Positions 18,686 to 28,473 of a stretch of DNA of 64,000 nt are shown here, piece by piece. Origin of the DNA: an uncultured Armatimonadia bacterium. GTDB taxonomy: Bacteria > Armatimonadota > Zipacnadia > CAVVLO01. The stretch spans positions 128,001 through 192,000 of the forward strand of contig CAVVLO010000001.1 of the NCBI GenBank assembly GCA_963749155.1, written 5' to 3'. Within the stretch, counting starts at the first letter, position 1; the number at the start of each line of letters is the position of its first letter. The position numbers were made by a program, and so were the translations under genes. The notes beneath the pieces were generated by a model. It searched no databases, had not been told where the DNA came from, and saw only the letters and a program-made list of their open reading frames with translations.

Positions 18686-20669
18686 ATGGAGTGGAGCTTC
18701 GGGCGAGAACAACTCGGGCGGCTTGAGTGCGGCGCCAGCCGCGAATGGCTGCTGACCAATGGCCTGGGCGGCTGGGCGAGTGGTACCTTCAGCGGGCTGA
18801 ATACTCGGCGGTACCACGGGTTGCTCGTGGCTGCAGCCAGTCCCCCAAGCGGGCGCTGGTTGCTGGTCAACAAGCTCGAAGAAGAATTGCTGCTGCGCGG
18901 CAAGACTTTCCAACTCGGAGTCAACACCTATCGTGGCGCGCTGGAACCCTCAGGTCATCTGCTGCTTCACGAAGCCAGTTTCGACGGTACGATGCGGTTT
19001 GTCTACGCCTGCGAGGATGTGCTGCTCGAGAAGCAAATTGTAATGGTGCAGGGCGCCAACCTGACGCTGGTGCGCTACCGGCAGCTTTCAGGCCCACCCC
19101 TCCAGTTGAAGGCGCGCCTCTGGGCTAACAGCCGAGATCTCCACGGCGATACTCACGCGAGCCCGCACTTTTCCACCAAAGTCGAAGAGCGCGAGGGAGG
19201 CTGGCTGGCCCATCAGGCTTTTCCGGAGGCGCCAACTTTGCTGGCAAAGGCGACGGCTGGCGAGTTCGGCGGAGAAGCTTACTGGATTTATAACGTCCAC
19301 TATCAGGAAGAAGCCGCTCGCGGCCTGCAGGCGGAAGAGGATGTCTTCTCGCCGGGCTGTTTCGAGTGGTCAAGTGCGGCCGGGACTTCGGTAATCGTGG
19401 CGCTGGCGGCGGATGAAGCGCCTGAAGGCGACCTGGACGCTCTGTTCGAGCAGGCTGTGGTGGACGCCCGACGCCCCTGGCGACAGCAGAAAGACAGGTT
19501 TCGAGACTCCACTTGCCCAGGCTCTGCTCGGGGCCAGCGAGTCCTTTAGCGTGAGGGACGAGGACAAAGGCCGCTATCTGCTGGCCGGCTATCACTGGTT
19601 TGGGCCTTGGGGCAGAGACACTTTTATTGCGCTGCCTGGCCTTACGCTCGTGACAGGGCGCTTCGAAGAGGCCAAAGCGCTGCTTTCGACCCTGGCTCGC
19701 CACGTTACAGAAGGCCTCGTGCCCAATCTGGTGGACGAGGGGGGCGGGGCGGCTTACAACACGGTAGACGCCTCACTGTGGTATATCTGGGCGGGTCAGA
19801 AGTATCTCGATTACACGGGCGATGTGGAGTTCGCCAGAACAGAACTCTGGCCTGTCCTTCAGGACATCCTGCACAGTTACGAGACAGGCACGCGTTACGG
19901 CATCCACGCCGATTCCGACGGGCTGATAACCGCAGGGGATGAGGGTACCCAGCTTACCTGGATGGACGCCAAGTACGGCGACTGGGTAGTGACTCCGCGC
20001 GCGGGCAAGGCGGTCGAGATAAATGCGCTTTGGTATAACGCCCTGCGCTTTGGAGAGAAGCTGGCCGCCCTGGCTGGCGAGTCGGGCGACCACTATGGCA
20101 GGCTGGCTTCGCGCGTCTTCGAGAGCTTCAATCAGAGCTTCTGGTACCCCGAAGGCGGGTATCTCCTGGACGTAATCGGCCCCGCTGGAGTTGATGCTTC
20201 CTTCCGGCCTAACCAGATCATCGCCGCGAGCCTGCCTTTCTCCGTCCTGGACAAGGCCAGAAGCCGACTGATGGTGGAGAAGGCCTGGCAGCGACTTTGG
20301 ACAGGCCACGGATTGCGCTCCTTGGCTCCCGATGATCCGCATTATATCGGTCATTATGGGGGAGATACGGCCTCCAGAGATGGCGCTTACCACCGGGGGA
20401 CGGCCTGGGGATGGCTGGCGGGGCCGTTCTTCACCGCCTTCAGGCGCGCTTTTGGCGAGGAGCCCTGGGCGCGTGAGACACTTGCAGAGCTGTTTGCCGG
20501 TTTTGAGGGGCACCTTTGGGAAGCCGGGGTCGGGTTCGTGTCTGAGATCTTCGATGGAGACGCGCCGCACCTCTCGCGTGGCTGCATCGCCCAGGCTTGG
20601 AGCGTTGCTGAGTTGCTGCGCGCCTGGTCAGAAGACTATCTGGGCAACCGGCCCGACTTCTGGGCCTAG
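18686..20669 (+). CDS. Glycogen debranching enzyme / amylo-alpha-1,6-glucosidase (GDE_N + GDE_C; frameshift ~19480)
   Basis: REWLLTNGLGG, RRYHGLL, AGYHWFGPWGRDTFIAL, TVDASLW, TWMDAK, EINALWY, RPNQI, SEIFDG, QAWSVAE. Confidence 0.9.
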
Positions 20670-22234
20670 CCAGCGTTTCCGTCCAGTGGCAGGCGGTTCA
20701 GCCGGTCCAGGCAGAGCTGCTTGCAGTCACCGCAGAAACGCACTCCGCGCCTGCATTCGTCAGCGATTTGGGCATGCTCCTCTGCGCTGTCAGCCAGGAA
20801 GAAGGCCAGCAGGCTGGAGATGCTGCATAGCCGCGTGTCGGGATTTCCGCCCAACGTGGCGTGTTCTTCCTTCGTGCGACCTCCCCCTGTCAGCGCGCGT
20901 TTCAGCTTGGTCGCGACTGCCTGGGAAGATTCATCCAGATAAATTGAAGTCGTTTCGCTCTCGGGATTCATAACATCCACATAGCTGCCGGTCGCCTGGT
21001 CAATATAAGGATGCAGGCCTGCAACTGCGCGTATGTAAAGAGCAACAGGCCTGGGCCAACCGACATCAGCGGCGTGGCGGCGGGCCATCCGGACATAGAT
21101 GTCCTGATCCAGAGTCCCTATGAAAGCGGTCCGGACGCCGTCTGTCGAGGCGGGCAGCAGCAACTCCGCAGTGCGCAGCAGCGGCCGGTAGACCTCGGCG
21201 ACCTGGCTCTGTAACCTGAGTCCAAAAGCGGCGTTGAGGTTGGCGAGCGACAAGTGCGCCCCGGCTTCAAGGGCAAGCGCGGCAAGCTGAGGATCATCGC
21301 GCTGGGAGATGATTTCAGCGGTTTCCAGATTTACCCCAAGCCTTGGTAAACGCGCCACAAACTCACTTTGGGCATGGGCGCGGGCTGCTTCGAGAGATAC
21401 CTCGCCCGAGGCGGAAGCCTCCAGATCGCGCACGAAGAGGGTCAATTTTGCGCCAAGCGACTGCAGCCAGCCAAGGAGCGATGCCACCGCGGCATGTTGA
21501 AGCGTCATCCGGCCCTGCCCCGGCACTCCTGAGACTACCGTTACTGGTTTGCCCTCGCGCAAGGCATCGGCGACCAGAGCGAAGTCGCGCATCCCGACGA
21601 TAAGGCCGCGGGTTATGTATTCGTGTGGGGCCTCGAAGAGCTGCAGCAAACGCTCATAGTTGTGGGAGAACTCGGGCAGCGAGGGCGTTATGTGGAACTC
21701 GCGCGAAAGGTTCTCCTCCCGCGCCAGCGAGGCGTAATCGGCCCGGCTGGAGATAGGGTCAATGTTGAATTCACCTGTAGCGGGGGTCGCTCTGTCAGTC
21801 TGCATCAACTGCTTGCTCTGGGCCAGTTCGGCGGCGAACCGGGTGGCGAGATTTTCTTGCGCCTCGCGCGCCTTGGCAAGCATAAACAGCACCATATCCT
21901 CGGCTACATCGGGGCTAAGACCGACCTCGGAAGCCTGCTTGCGCGCGGTCTCGCGCAGGCCTTCCTCAACGAAAGGCCGATGGATACGCTCCGAGTGCAG
22001 CAGTTTTGCCAGAGCAACGCGCTCGGCGCTGCTTATGCGGGCCGAAAACTCCTCCAGTGCGGCCTTGGTGTGTTTCCGGATGGTCGCGCGCTCCCTGGTC
22101 AGGAACTGGCGGTAATCTTCCGCATCCGGTTTGTACCGGGTGATTACCTGCGCCGGGTCGGTCCCCGCAAGCAGCTCGGTTACCGCTTCGGTCAGATTCA
22201 GAGGGGCGCCAGTCGCTTCGTTGCTCGTACTCAT
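20666..22234 (-). CDS. Fusion of an AroQ chorismate-mutase-like domain and a degenerate archaeal-type tryptophanyl-tRNA synthetase paralog
   Basis: aa 45-130 match the CM type II pattern (R49, R66, K77, E90, Q126). aa ~155-522 follow archaeal TrpRS (PH..RGL..G.RD, DLEA, DQD, ALTGG..LGG.PD, C..G..CG.CK), but HIGH is TLQH and KMSKS is VMNPE. Confidence 0.8.
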   Translation of the reverse strand: MSTSNEATGAPLNLTEAVTELLAGTDPAQVITRYKPDAEDYRQFLTRERATIRKHTKAALEEFSARISSAERVALAKLLHSERIHRPFVEEGLRETARKQASEVGLSPDVAEDMVLFMLAKAREAQENLATRFAAELAQSKQLMQTDRATPATGEFNIDPISSRADYASLAREENLSREFHITPSLPEFSHNYERLLQLFEAPHEYITRGLIVGMRDFALVADALREGKPVTVVSGVPGQGRMTLQHAAVASLLGWLQSLGAKLTLFVRDLEASASGEVSLEAARAHAQSEFVARLPRLGVNLETAEIISQRDDPQLAALALEAGAHLSLANLNAAFGLRLQSQVAEVYRPLLRTAELLLPASTDGVRTAFIGTLDQDIYVRMARRHAADVGWPRPVALYIRAVAGLHPYIDQATGSYVDVMNPESETTSIYLDESSQAVATKLKRALTGGGRTKEEHATLGGNPDTRLCSISSLLAFFLADSAEEHAQIADECRRGVRFCGDCKQLCLDRLNRLPLDGNAG

Positions 22235-23473
22235 ACCACCTTTATACGCGCAAAATTGCCTTTTCCGACCTTCAGCACGGCGCCGTCTGTGACTTCGAGC
22301 AGCGCGCTGGCATCGAGAAGCTTCTCGCCATCCAGTGAGACAGCCCCCTGCTTCACCAAACGCTTGATGTCACCGCGCGAGGCGATGCCTGGGAAGCCGG
22401 CCTTCTCGACCAAATCCAGTGGCGAGAGCTTGCCGGCAGCAATCTTCAGCTCCACCAGGTCGTCCGGCGCTTCGGCCTGTTTGCCGGCACTTGGATGCAG
22501 CAACTCGAAGTTCTCCGCCGCCTTCTCGGCCGCCGCCTCGTCCCAGAAACGCTTGACCAGCTCGGTCGCCGAGCCGGCGTTTCATCAGGCGCGGATGGAA
22601 AGTATGGTCGCTCACCGGGTTGGCCGCATACTCGGACAGGCCGGCTTCCAGCTCGTCGAGTTGCTCCAGGGTCACGCCCGTCAGCAACTTGAAGTAGAGC
22701 AGCATTACTTCATCCGGCAGGCTCATAGCCTTGCCGTACATCCGGTCGGGCTCTTCTGTAATGCCGATATAATTGCCAAGCGATTTGGACATCTTCTGCG
22801 TGCCGTCGGTGCCTGGCAGGATGGGCAATGTAAGCACGCATTGCTGAGGCTGGCCATACGCCTGCTGGATGGTGCGGCCCATCAGCATATTGAAAGTCTG
22901 GTCGGTGCCTCCAAGCTCGACATCGGCCTTCAGCGCCACCGAGTCATAGCCCTGCAGCAGGCAATACATAAACTCGTGCAGGCGGATTGGCTCTTCGGCC
23001 TTCCAGCGCTTCTCGAAGGAGTCGCGTTCGAGCATCCGGGCCACGGTCACCTGAGCGGCCAGGCGCATCATATCGGCCAGGTTCATCCCCGCCAGCCAGT
23101 CACCGTTATAGACAACCTTTGTCTTTTCTTTGTCCAGAAGCCGGAAGACCTGCTCTTCATAGGTGCGCGCATAGGCCAGCACATCCTCTGGAGACAGCTG
23201 CGGCCTGGTGTTGTCGCGCCCCGAAGGGTCGCCTATCTGCGCGGTAAAGGTGCCGACCAGAAAGTAAATTTCGTGCCCAATATCTTGAAGTTGTCGCAGC
23301 TTCTCTATCGGCACGGTGTGACCGAAATGGAGGTCTGAGGTGGTCGGATCTACCCCCAGCTTTATGCGCAGGGGCCTGCCTTCTTTGAGCTTGAGAGCCA
23401 GGGCTTCTTCCGAAGGCAGCAAATCGGCCGCGCCTCTGAGGAAGACCTTCATTTGCTTGTCGATGTCCATCAT
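22231..23473 (-). CDS. tyrS: Tyrosine--tRNA ligase with C-terminal S4 domain (apparent 1-nt insertion ~22570)
   Basis: KLGVDPT..LHFGH, IGDPSG, LLQGYDS, GGTDQTFN, KMSKS. The S4 domain RRLATELVKRF..SRGDIKRLVKQGAV..VGKG is in the next frame. Confidence 0.95.
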
Positions 23474-23549
23474 CTGCTGCTAGCTTCCTTTTTTAATAGG
23501 ACGTAGCTTCAGCAAAGTCCTATCATCAGTGCCAGTTGGCGGCGAAGGT

Positions 23550-23558
23550 ATTCTACCA
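23550..23558 (-). promoter_or_regulatory. Putative extended -10 promoter for tyrS
   Basis: Minus strand reads TG-G-TAGAAT about 77 bp upstream of the tyrS ATG, just downstream of the lemA terminator. Confidence 0.4.
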
Positions 23559-23579
23559 GAGGCAGTCTTTGCCTCATAA

Positions 23580-23609
23580 GAAAACGGGAGCGGCGTTTGC
23601 CGCTCCCGT
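23580..23609 (-). terminator. Intrinsic terminator after lemA
   Basis: ACGGGAGCGGC-AAAC-GCCGCTCCCGT followed by TTTTC on the minus strand. Confidence 0.75.
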
Positions 23610-23632
23610 CTCATCTCTTGCCTGGCAGGAGT

Positions 23633-24192
23633 TTAGAACTGCACGCGGACGGGTTCGCGCGCCTCCGGTTCTTCTATCCGATAATAAGGCAAAGGTCGGG
23701 CGCTCATAAAGCTGGCTATCACACTGTTGGGGAAGACCTGTATCAGCGTGTTGAAGGTCATCACAGCCTCGTTGTAGACCTCGCGCGAGGTAGCGATTTC
23801 CTGCTCTATCTGCTGGAGTTGCTGCTGCAAATCCATAAAGTTCTGGTCTGCTTTGAGGTTGGGATACGCCTCGGCAACCGCAAAAAGGCTTCTCAAAGCG
23901 CCGGTCAGAATATTATCAGCCTGGGCGCGTTCTTCCACAGTGCCGGCATTGTCCATTGCGGCGCGCGCCTGAGTGACCCCCTCGAGGGTCTCTCGCTCAT
24001 GCGCGGCGTAGCCTTTCACCGTCTCGACCAGATTGGGGATGAGGTCATAACGCACGGCGAAGCTGCACATCGATCTGTGCCCAGGACTGTTCTGCCCGAT
24101 TGCGCTGGGCCACTAATCCGGTTGTAGATCCCTATCAGCGTGACGATTATCAGTGCGACGAGAACGAGTAATCCAATGGCTAGAGCAAACAT
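23633..24192 (-). CDS. lemA: LemA family protein (several indels 24055-24120)
   Basis: N-terminal TM and YN. The corrected frame gives [15 protein letters not shown], then [32 protein letters not shown]. Confidence 0.92.
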
Positions 24193-24255
24193 CAGCCTCA
24201 CTCTCCTCAGGTCGGTCTGGATAAATCCTATCACGCTGCCAGATTGGGGTCAAAA

Positions 24256-25289
24256 TTATCGGGGCACTTTCTCTAACCCGGCTACCTCGCCAAGGGCTTC
24301 TTCGACCTCGTCGCAGCCAGTTGTGAATTCAATCTGCCTGGCAAGGGCCTCTTCAGTGGCTTCCGGATCAGCCTGGCGTAGCCTGGCAGACAGTCTGCCG
24401 AGCAACCTGGCGAGGGGCCTGGGTGAATCCTGGGCGGTTTCCATCTCGGACCTCCATATCGTGCGTGAAGGTCCGATATGCAATTGGCGTGCCAGTTTAC
24501 GGGCTGCCTGTAACCTGGAACAAATCGGCGACCTGGAGCGTGACTTCGGGTCTGGAGACCTGCTTTATCGGCCAATAACCGCCTGCCTAGCGTGATTGGG
24601 ATAAGGCTTGTCTCGGTTAGGAGAAACGTCTCACGCAAGCTTGCGCCTCCAAGTTGAGTTTCCAGCACTAGTGCTCTCGTGGGGGCTAGCGTCACCTGAT
24701 TATCAGGCGCCACCAGCTCGAGCAGGGGCGTCTCGCCGGCGCCAGTTATGCCACCGGCCGAGATAAAAGCGAGCGCCTCCTGATACCCAAGCGCCTCATA
24801 TTCGTGAGAAAGCGCGTCAAACAACGCGCCCAGAGTAGAACCAGCGGTCGCGGCGCCCGAAGCGCTGGCCAGCAGGTTGCCACACCCCTCGTAACTTGCT
24901 ACCAGATCGCCCTGAGGAGGCTTTACAGTGAGAGTGCGCGCAAGTTGCAGCCGCAAGCCCCAGCGCTCGGCTTCCAGTTCGATCCGGGCTTGCTCCAGGA
25001 TTGGTCCAGCCGGAGGGGTAGCTGTCGCTTCATATACTTGTTGATCGGCGTAGACGTTCAACTGGAGCGACTTCACGCCCAGGGTAGTTAATCCAGCATA
25101 GACTGTCCCGGCCAGGTCCGAAGCAGAATCGAGCGGCTCATACTGCCGCGCAGCCGAGGTTACTGCCCAGTTGCACGCTTTACCCAGCCACTCGTAGCGG
25201 GCAACTTCCAGTTCGGTAAGGTCGATTCTGATCGCGGTCAGTTTTTCTACTAGAACGGTCTTGCCCTCGCCAGGGCAATCCGTCACCAC
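24256..25289 (-). CDS. Hypothetical protein (probable frameshift ~24510)
   Basis: Long ORF whose start overlaps the upstream stop. The protein-like C-terminus continues in ORF 24256-24483. Confidence 0.5.
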
Positions 25290-25768
25290 GCGTTGCCCTT
25301 CGTCAGCCTGGCAATCGTCGCTGCCAGGTCATCCTGGGCGGGCGAAGCGCGCCAGTCGTATAGTTCAACTTTATAGCGCAGTTGCTGCAACCGAGCGGCC
25401 AGCGCCTGCGGGAAGAGGGTGGGCGCCACGACATAACTGCGACTCAGCCCAACCAGGACAACGACGCCAGGCAGTGGGTCGCGAGCTGGATCCCAAAGCC
25501 CTGCCAGGGCCCAGGAGACCAGCGAGGGAGAGGCAAGTTGAAGCCAGTCGCCCTTCTCTTCGGCAAGCAACTTGCGCAGCCTGGCAGTTTTTACTTTTAT
25601 GTCGGCTATTAGCTGTTCGGACGATTCGAGTTCTGTCCCAAGATCAAGCCCGAATTCCGCCGCAGAAGGCAAACCAGAGGAGGCAGGCGGCTGCGGCTCC
25701 TCACCAGGGCGGCATCCGCTACAGACGAGGCCAATCGAGAGCGCTCCGATTATCAACCAGCGTCTCAA
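25283..25768 (-). CDS. Putative lipoprotein
   Basis: TTG start overlapping the xylB stop gives MRRWLIIGALSIGLVCSGC, a basic-hydrophobic-lipobox-like signal. Confidence 0.55.
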   Translation of the reverse strand: MRRWLIIGALSIGLVCSGCRPGEEPQPPASSGLPSAAEFGLDLGTELESSEQLIADIKVKTARLRKLLAEEKGDWLQLASPSLVSWALAGLWDPARDPLPGVVVLVGLSRSYVVAPTLFPQALAARLQQLRYKVELYDWRASPAQDDLAATIARLTKGNAW

Positions 25769-27306
25769 TGCCACTTGCTCACCAGCTTGGAAAGGTCGGC
25801 GAAGCTGCCCTTGAGCTGGGCGTAGAGCTGCCGATAAAGAGGATAAAGTTCGGCATAAACTTGCTGCCACTCTGGGAGCGGGGCCTCACTGCTGGCATCC
25901 TTTATCACTGTGCCGCAGGCCTCTTCCACTGTGGACCAGACGCCCGTGCCGACGCCCGCAAGCAAGGCCACTCCGAGTGAGCCCCCCTCATCCACGTTGA
26001 TAAGCCTGTGGGCCTGGCCTGTGATGCTGGCCTGGATTTGCCGCCAGAGCTTGCTCCTGGCTCCGCCGCCCGAGGCGCGCACCGCCGAGACTTCAACGCC
26101 CATTCCTGAAAGAATCTCGAAGGAATCCTTCAATCCGAACGCGACCCCTTCCATCACCGAGCGGATGATATGCTCCTTGCCGTGGCGAAGGGTCAGGCCA
26201 CAGAACACGCCCTCGGCGTCCGGATCGGGGTAGGGAGTGCGTTCGCCAGTCAGATAGGGAAGGAAAAGCAGGCCTTCAGAGCCGGCTGGAGCCTTGGCGG
26301 CTTGTTCCCCCATATACTCATAAGGATCGCGGCCTGTGCGGGCTGCAAGTGACTTCTCCTCGCTGCAAAGCGCATCGCGCAGCCAGCGGTAAGAACCACC
26401 TGCGGACAGCATTACGCCCATCACATGCCACTTGCCAGGCACAGCGTGGCAGAAAGTATGCACCCGCAACTCGGGATCGATGAAAGGCTCCTCCGCGAAG
26501 GCGAAAACGACCCCCGAAGTGCCAAGTGTCGAGGACACGATGCCCGGCTGGACGATGCCATTGCCCACAGCGCCTGCTGCCTGGTCACCGCCCCCGCCGA
26601 CGACCGGAGTACCAGCCTTCAGCCCAAGCGCTGCTGCGCCCTCGGAGTTTACTCTTGCGCTGACTTCAGGCGATTCAAAAACCGGCGGAAGCCAGTCCAT
26701 ATCGAGTTCGAGTTTCGACACGACAGCTTCAGACCACTTGCGCTTCTTCACGTTGAAGAGCGCTGTGCCACTTGCGTCCGAGACCTCGGAGGCGAACTCT
26801 CCTGTTAACCGAAATCGGATATAGTCCTTGGGCAGCAGTATTTTTCGGACGCGCTCGAAGTTTTCAGGTTCGTTGTCGCGTAGCCAGACGATTTTGGGCG
26901 CGGTAAAGCCGGTCAAAACCGGATTGGAAAGCTCTTCGACGATTATATCCAGGCCTACCGTCTGGGTAATGTAATCGCATTGTTTGCCGGTGCGCTGGTC
27001 GCACCACAGCAGGGCTGGGCGGATTACCTGGCCTTGCTCATCCAGGAAGACCGAACCGTGCATCTGGCCGGAAAGCCCAATCCCTTGCACTTCCGAGCCG
27101 GCCACGCCAGCCTTGTTTAGCACCTGCCCAGTCGCCTCGATACAGGCCTTCCACCAGTCTTCGGGGTCTTGTTCGGCCCATTGGGGCCTGGGCGCATAGA
27201 GGGGATATTCACTGCTGGTCGCAGTCGCGACTATCTCGCCGCCTGTGCCCAGCAGCAGTGCTTTCACGCCGCTAGTGCCTATATCCAGTCCAAGCAGATA
27301 TGCCAT
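25765..27306 (-). CDS. xylB: Xylulokinase (FGGY family)
   Basis: LGLDIGTSGVK, GLSGQMHG, LWCDQR, FTAPK, SDASGT, GGGDQAAGA, LGTSGV, PYLTGERTP, GGGARS. Confidence 0.93.
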   Translation of the reverse strand: MAYLLGLDIGTSGVKALLLGTGGEIVATATSSEYPLYAPRPQWAEQDPEDWWKACIEATGQVLNKAGVAGSEVQGIGLSGQMHGSVFLDEQGQVIRPALLWCDQRTGKQCDYITQTVGLDIIVEELSNPVLTGFTAPKIVWLRDNEPENFERVRKILLPKDYIRFRLTGEFASEVSDASGTALFNVKKRKWSEAVVSKLELDMDWLPPVFESPEVSARVNSEGAAALGLKAGTPVVGGGGDQAAGAVGNGIVQPGIVSSTLGTSGVVFAFAEEPFIDPELRVHTFCHAVPGKWHVMGVMLSAGGSYRWLRDALCSEEKSLAARTGRDPYEYMGEQAAKAPAGSEGLLFLPYLTGERTPYPDPDAEGVFCGLTLRHGKEHIIRSVMEGVAFGLKDSFEILSGMGVEVSAVRASGGGARSKLWRQIQASITGQAHRLINVDEGGSLGVALLAGVGTGVWSTVEEACGTVIKDASSEAPLPEWQQVYAELYPLYRQLYAQLKGSFADLSKLVSKWH

Positions 27307-27327
27307 ATTGACGCCTCCGCGCGCAGT

Positions 27328-28467
27328 CTAAAGAATCGAACCTAATCTTAGCAGTTGGGCAAGTCTCTCGCCGGCAGCCTGAAGCAGAACCTCGGCATCG
27401 CGCATCGCTAGCTCAAGCGTAGTCGGTCCCTGGACAAGTGGCAAGGCCGCAGCCAGTCCGAGCCGGGCAAGCGCTGTTGTATCGGCTTCGAGGCTGCCCA
27501 CAATCGCCACAACAGGAATCTCCAAAAGTTTCGCTCTGGCCGCCACCCGGGCAATCGCCTTGCCATAAGCGGTTTGCGCGTCCAGCTTGCCTTCCCCCGT
27601 GATGACGAGCCTTGCGCCGGCCAGGCGCTCTTCGAAGTGAACGGTATCCAGCACCAGGTCGGCTCCAGGCTTGAGTTTTGCTCCGCAAAAAGCCACGAGC
27701 CCCGCGCCAAGTCCTCCTGCGGCGCCAGCTCCTGGCTGCTCTGCGAGATGAAGGCCCAAATCGCGCTTTATGACTTCAGCAAAACGCCTGAGACCCGTCT
27801 CGAGCCGGGCGACTTGCTCTGGAGAAGCGCCCTTCTGGGGGGCATAAACATGCGCGGCGCCGTGAGGCCCAAACAGGGGATTGGTAACATCGCAGGCAAC
27901 CAGTACCTCGGTTTCGGCAAGACGCGGGTCTAGCTCTGATAAATCGAGGCTGGCAAGCTCCGAGAGAGCGGCTCCAGAGGGTTCGAGCTCGATTCCGGCT
28001 GCCGAGTAGAGCCTCGCGCCCAGCGCAACTGCCATCCCAGTGCCCGCGTCATTGGTGGCGCTGCCGCCAATCCCGAGCAGCAGCTTTCGACAGCCAAGGT
28101 TCAAGGCGTGGCGGATCAGATCGCCCGTGCCCAGAGTGGAAGTCAGTTCGGGATTGCGTTCTGCCTCGGCCAGCAAGGGTAAACCGCTTGCGGCGGCCAT
28201 CTCGATTACTGCGGTATTGCCCTCTCCGAGCACGCCATAGGTCGCTTGTATCGGCCTGCCAAGTGGGTCGCGCGCTTCAGCTTCCACCAGCCGGCCGCCA
28301 GTTGCGGACACCAGTGCCTCGACCGTGCCCTCTCCGCCATCAGCGATAGGCAGCAAGTCAGGCTCCAGCTCGGGCCAACCCGCGCGCAGCCCTTCGGCTA
28401 GCGCGGCTGCGGCTCGCGGCGCGCTGCAACTACCTTTGAAAGAATCCGGAGCGATGACTACGCGCAT
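27328..28467 (-). CDS. glxK: Glycerate kinase (GarK/GlxK family)
   Basis: IAPDSFKGS, ADGGEGT, EMAAASGL, IGGSATNDAG, PQKGA, GAGAAGG, ITGEG..D.QT.YGK. Confidence 0.93.
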   Translation of the reverse strand: MRVVIAPDSFKGSCSAPRAAAALAEGLRAGWPELEPDLLPIADGGEGTVEALVSATGGRLVEAEARDPLGRPIQATYGVLGEGNTAVIEMAAASGLPLLAEAERNPELTSTLGTGDLIRHALNLGCRKLLLGIGGSATNDAGTGMAVALGARLYSAAGIELEPSGAALSELASLDLSELDPRLAETEVLVACDVTNPLFGPHGAAHVYAPQKGASPEQVARLETGLRRFAEVIKRDLGLHLAEQPGAGAAGGLGAGLVAFCGAKLKPGADLVLDTVHFEERLAGARLVITGEGKLDAQTAYGKAIARVAARAKLLEIPVVAIVGSLEADTTALARLGLAAALPLVQGPTTLELAMRDAEVLLQAAGERLAQLLRLGSIL

Positions 28468-28473
28468 CTTTAC

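Noticed and set aside
22370..22575. Programmed frameshift in tyrS giving forms with and without the S4 domain
   Set aside because: There is no slippery heptamer at the break, and it is one of many similar single-base indels in the window.
23474..23545. Possible T-box riboswitch in the tyrS leader (hairpin ATAGGAC..GTCCTAT containing GCTGAA and a TAC codon)
   Set aside because: The leader is only ~70 nt, and I see no T-box antiterminator (TGGNACC) or terminator. The ileS leader is also too short.
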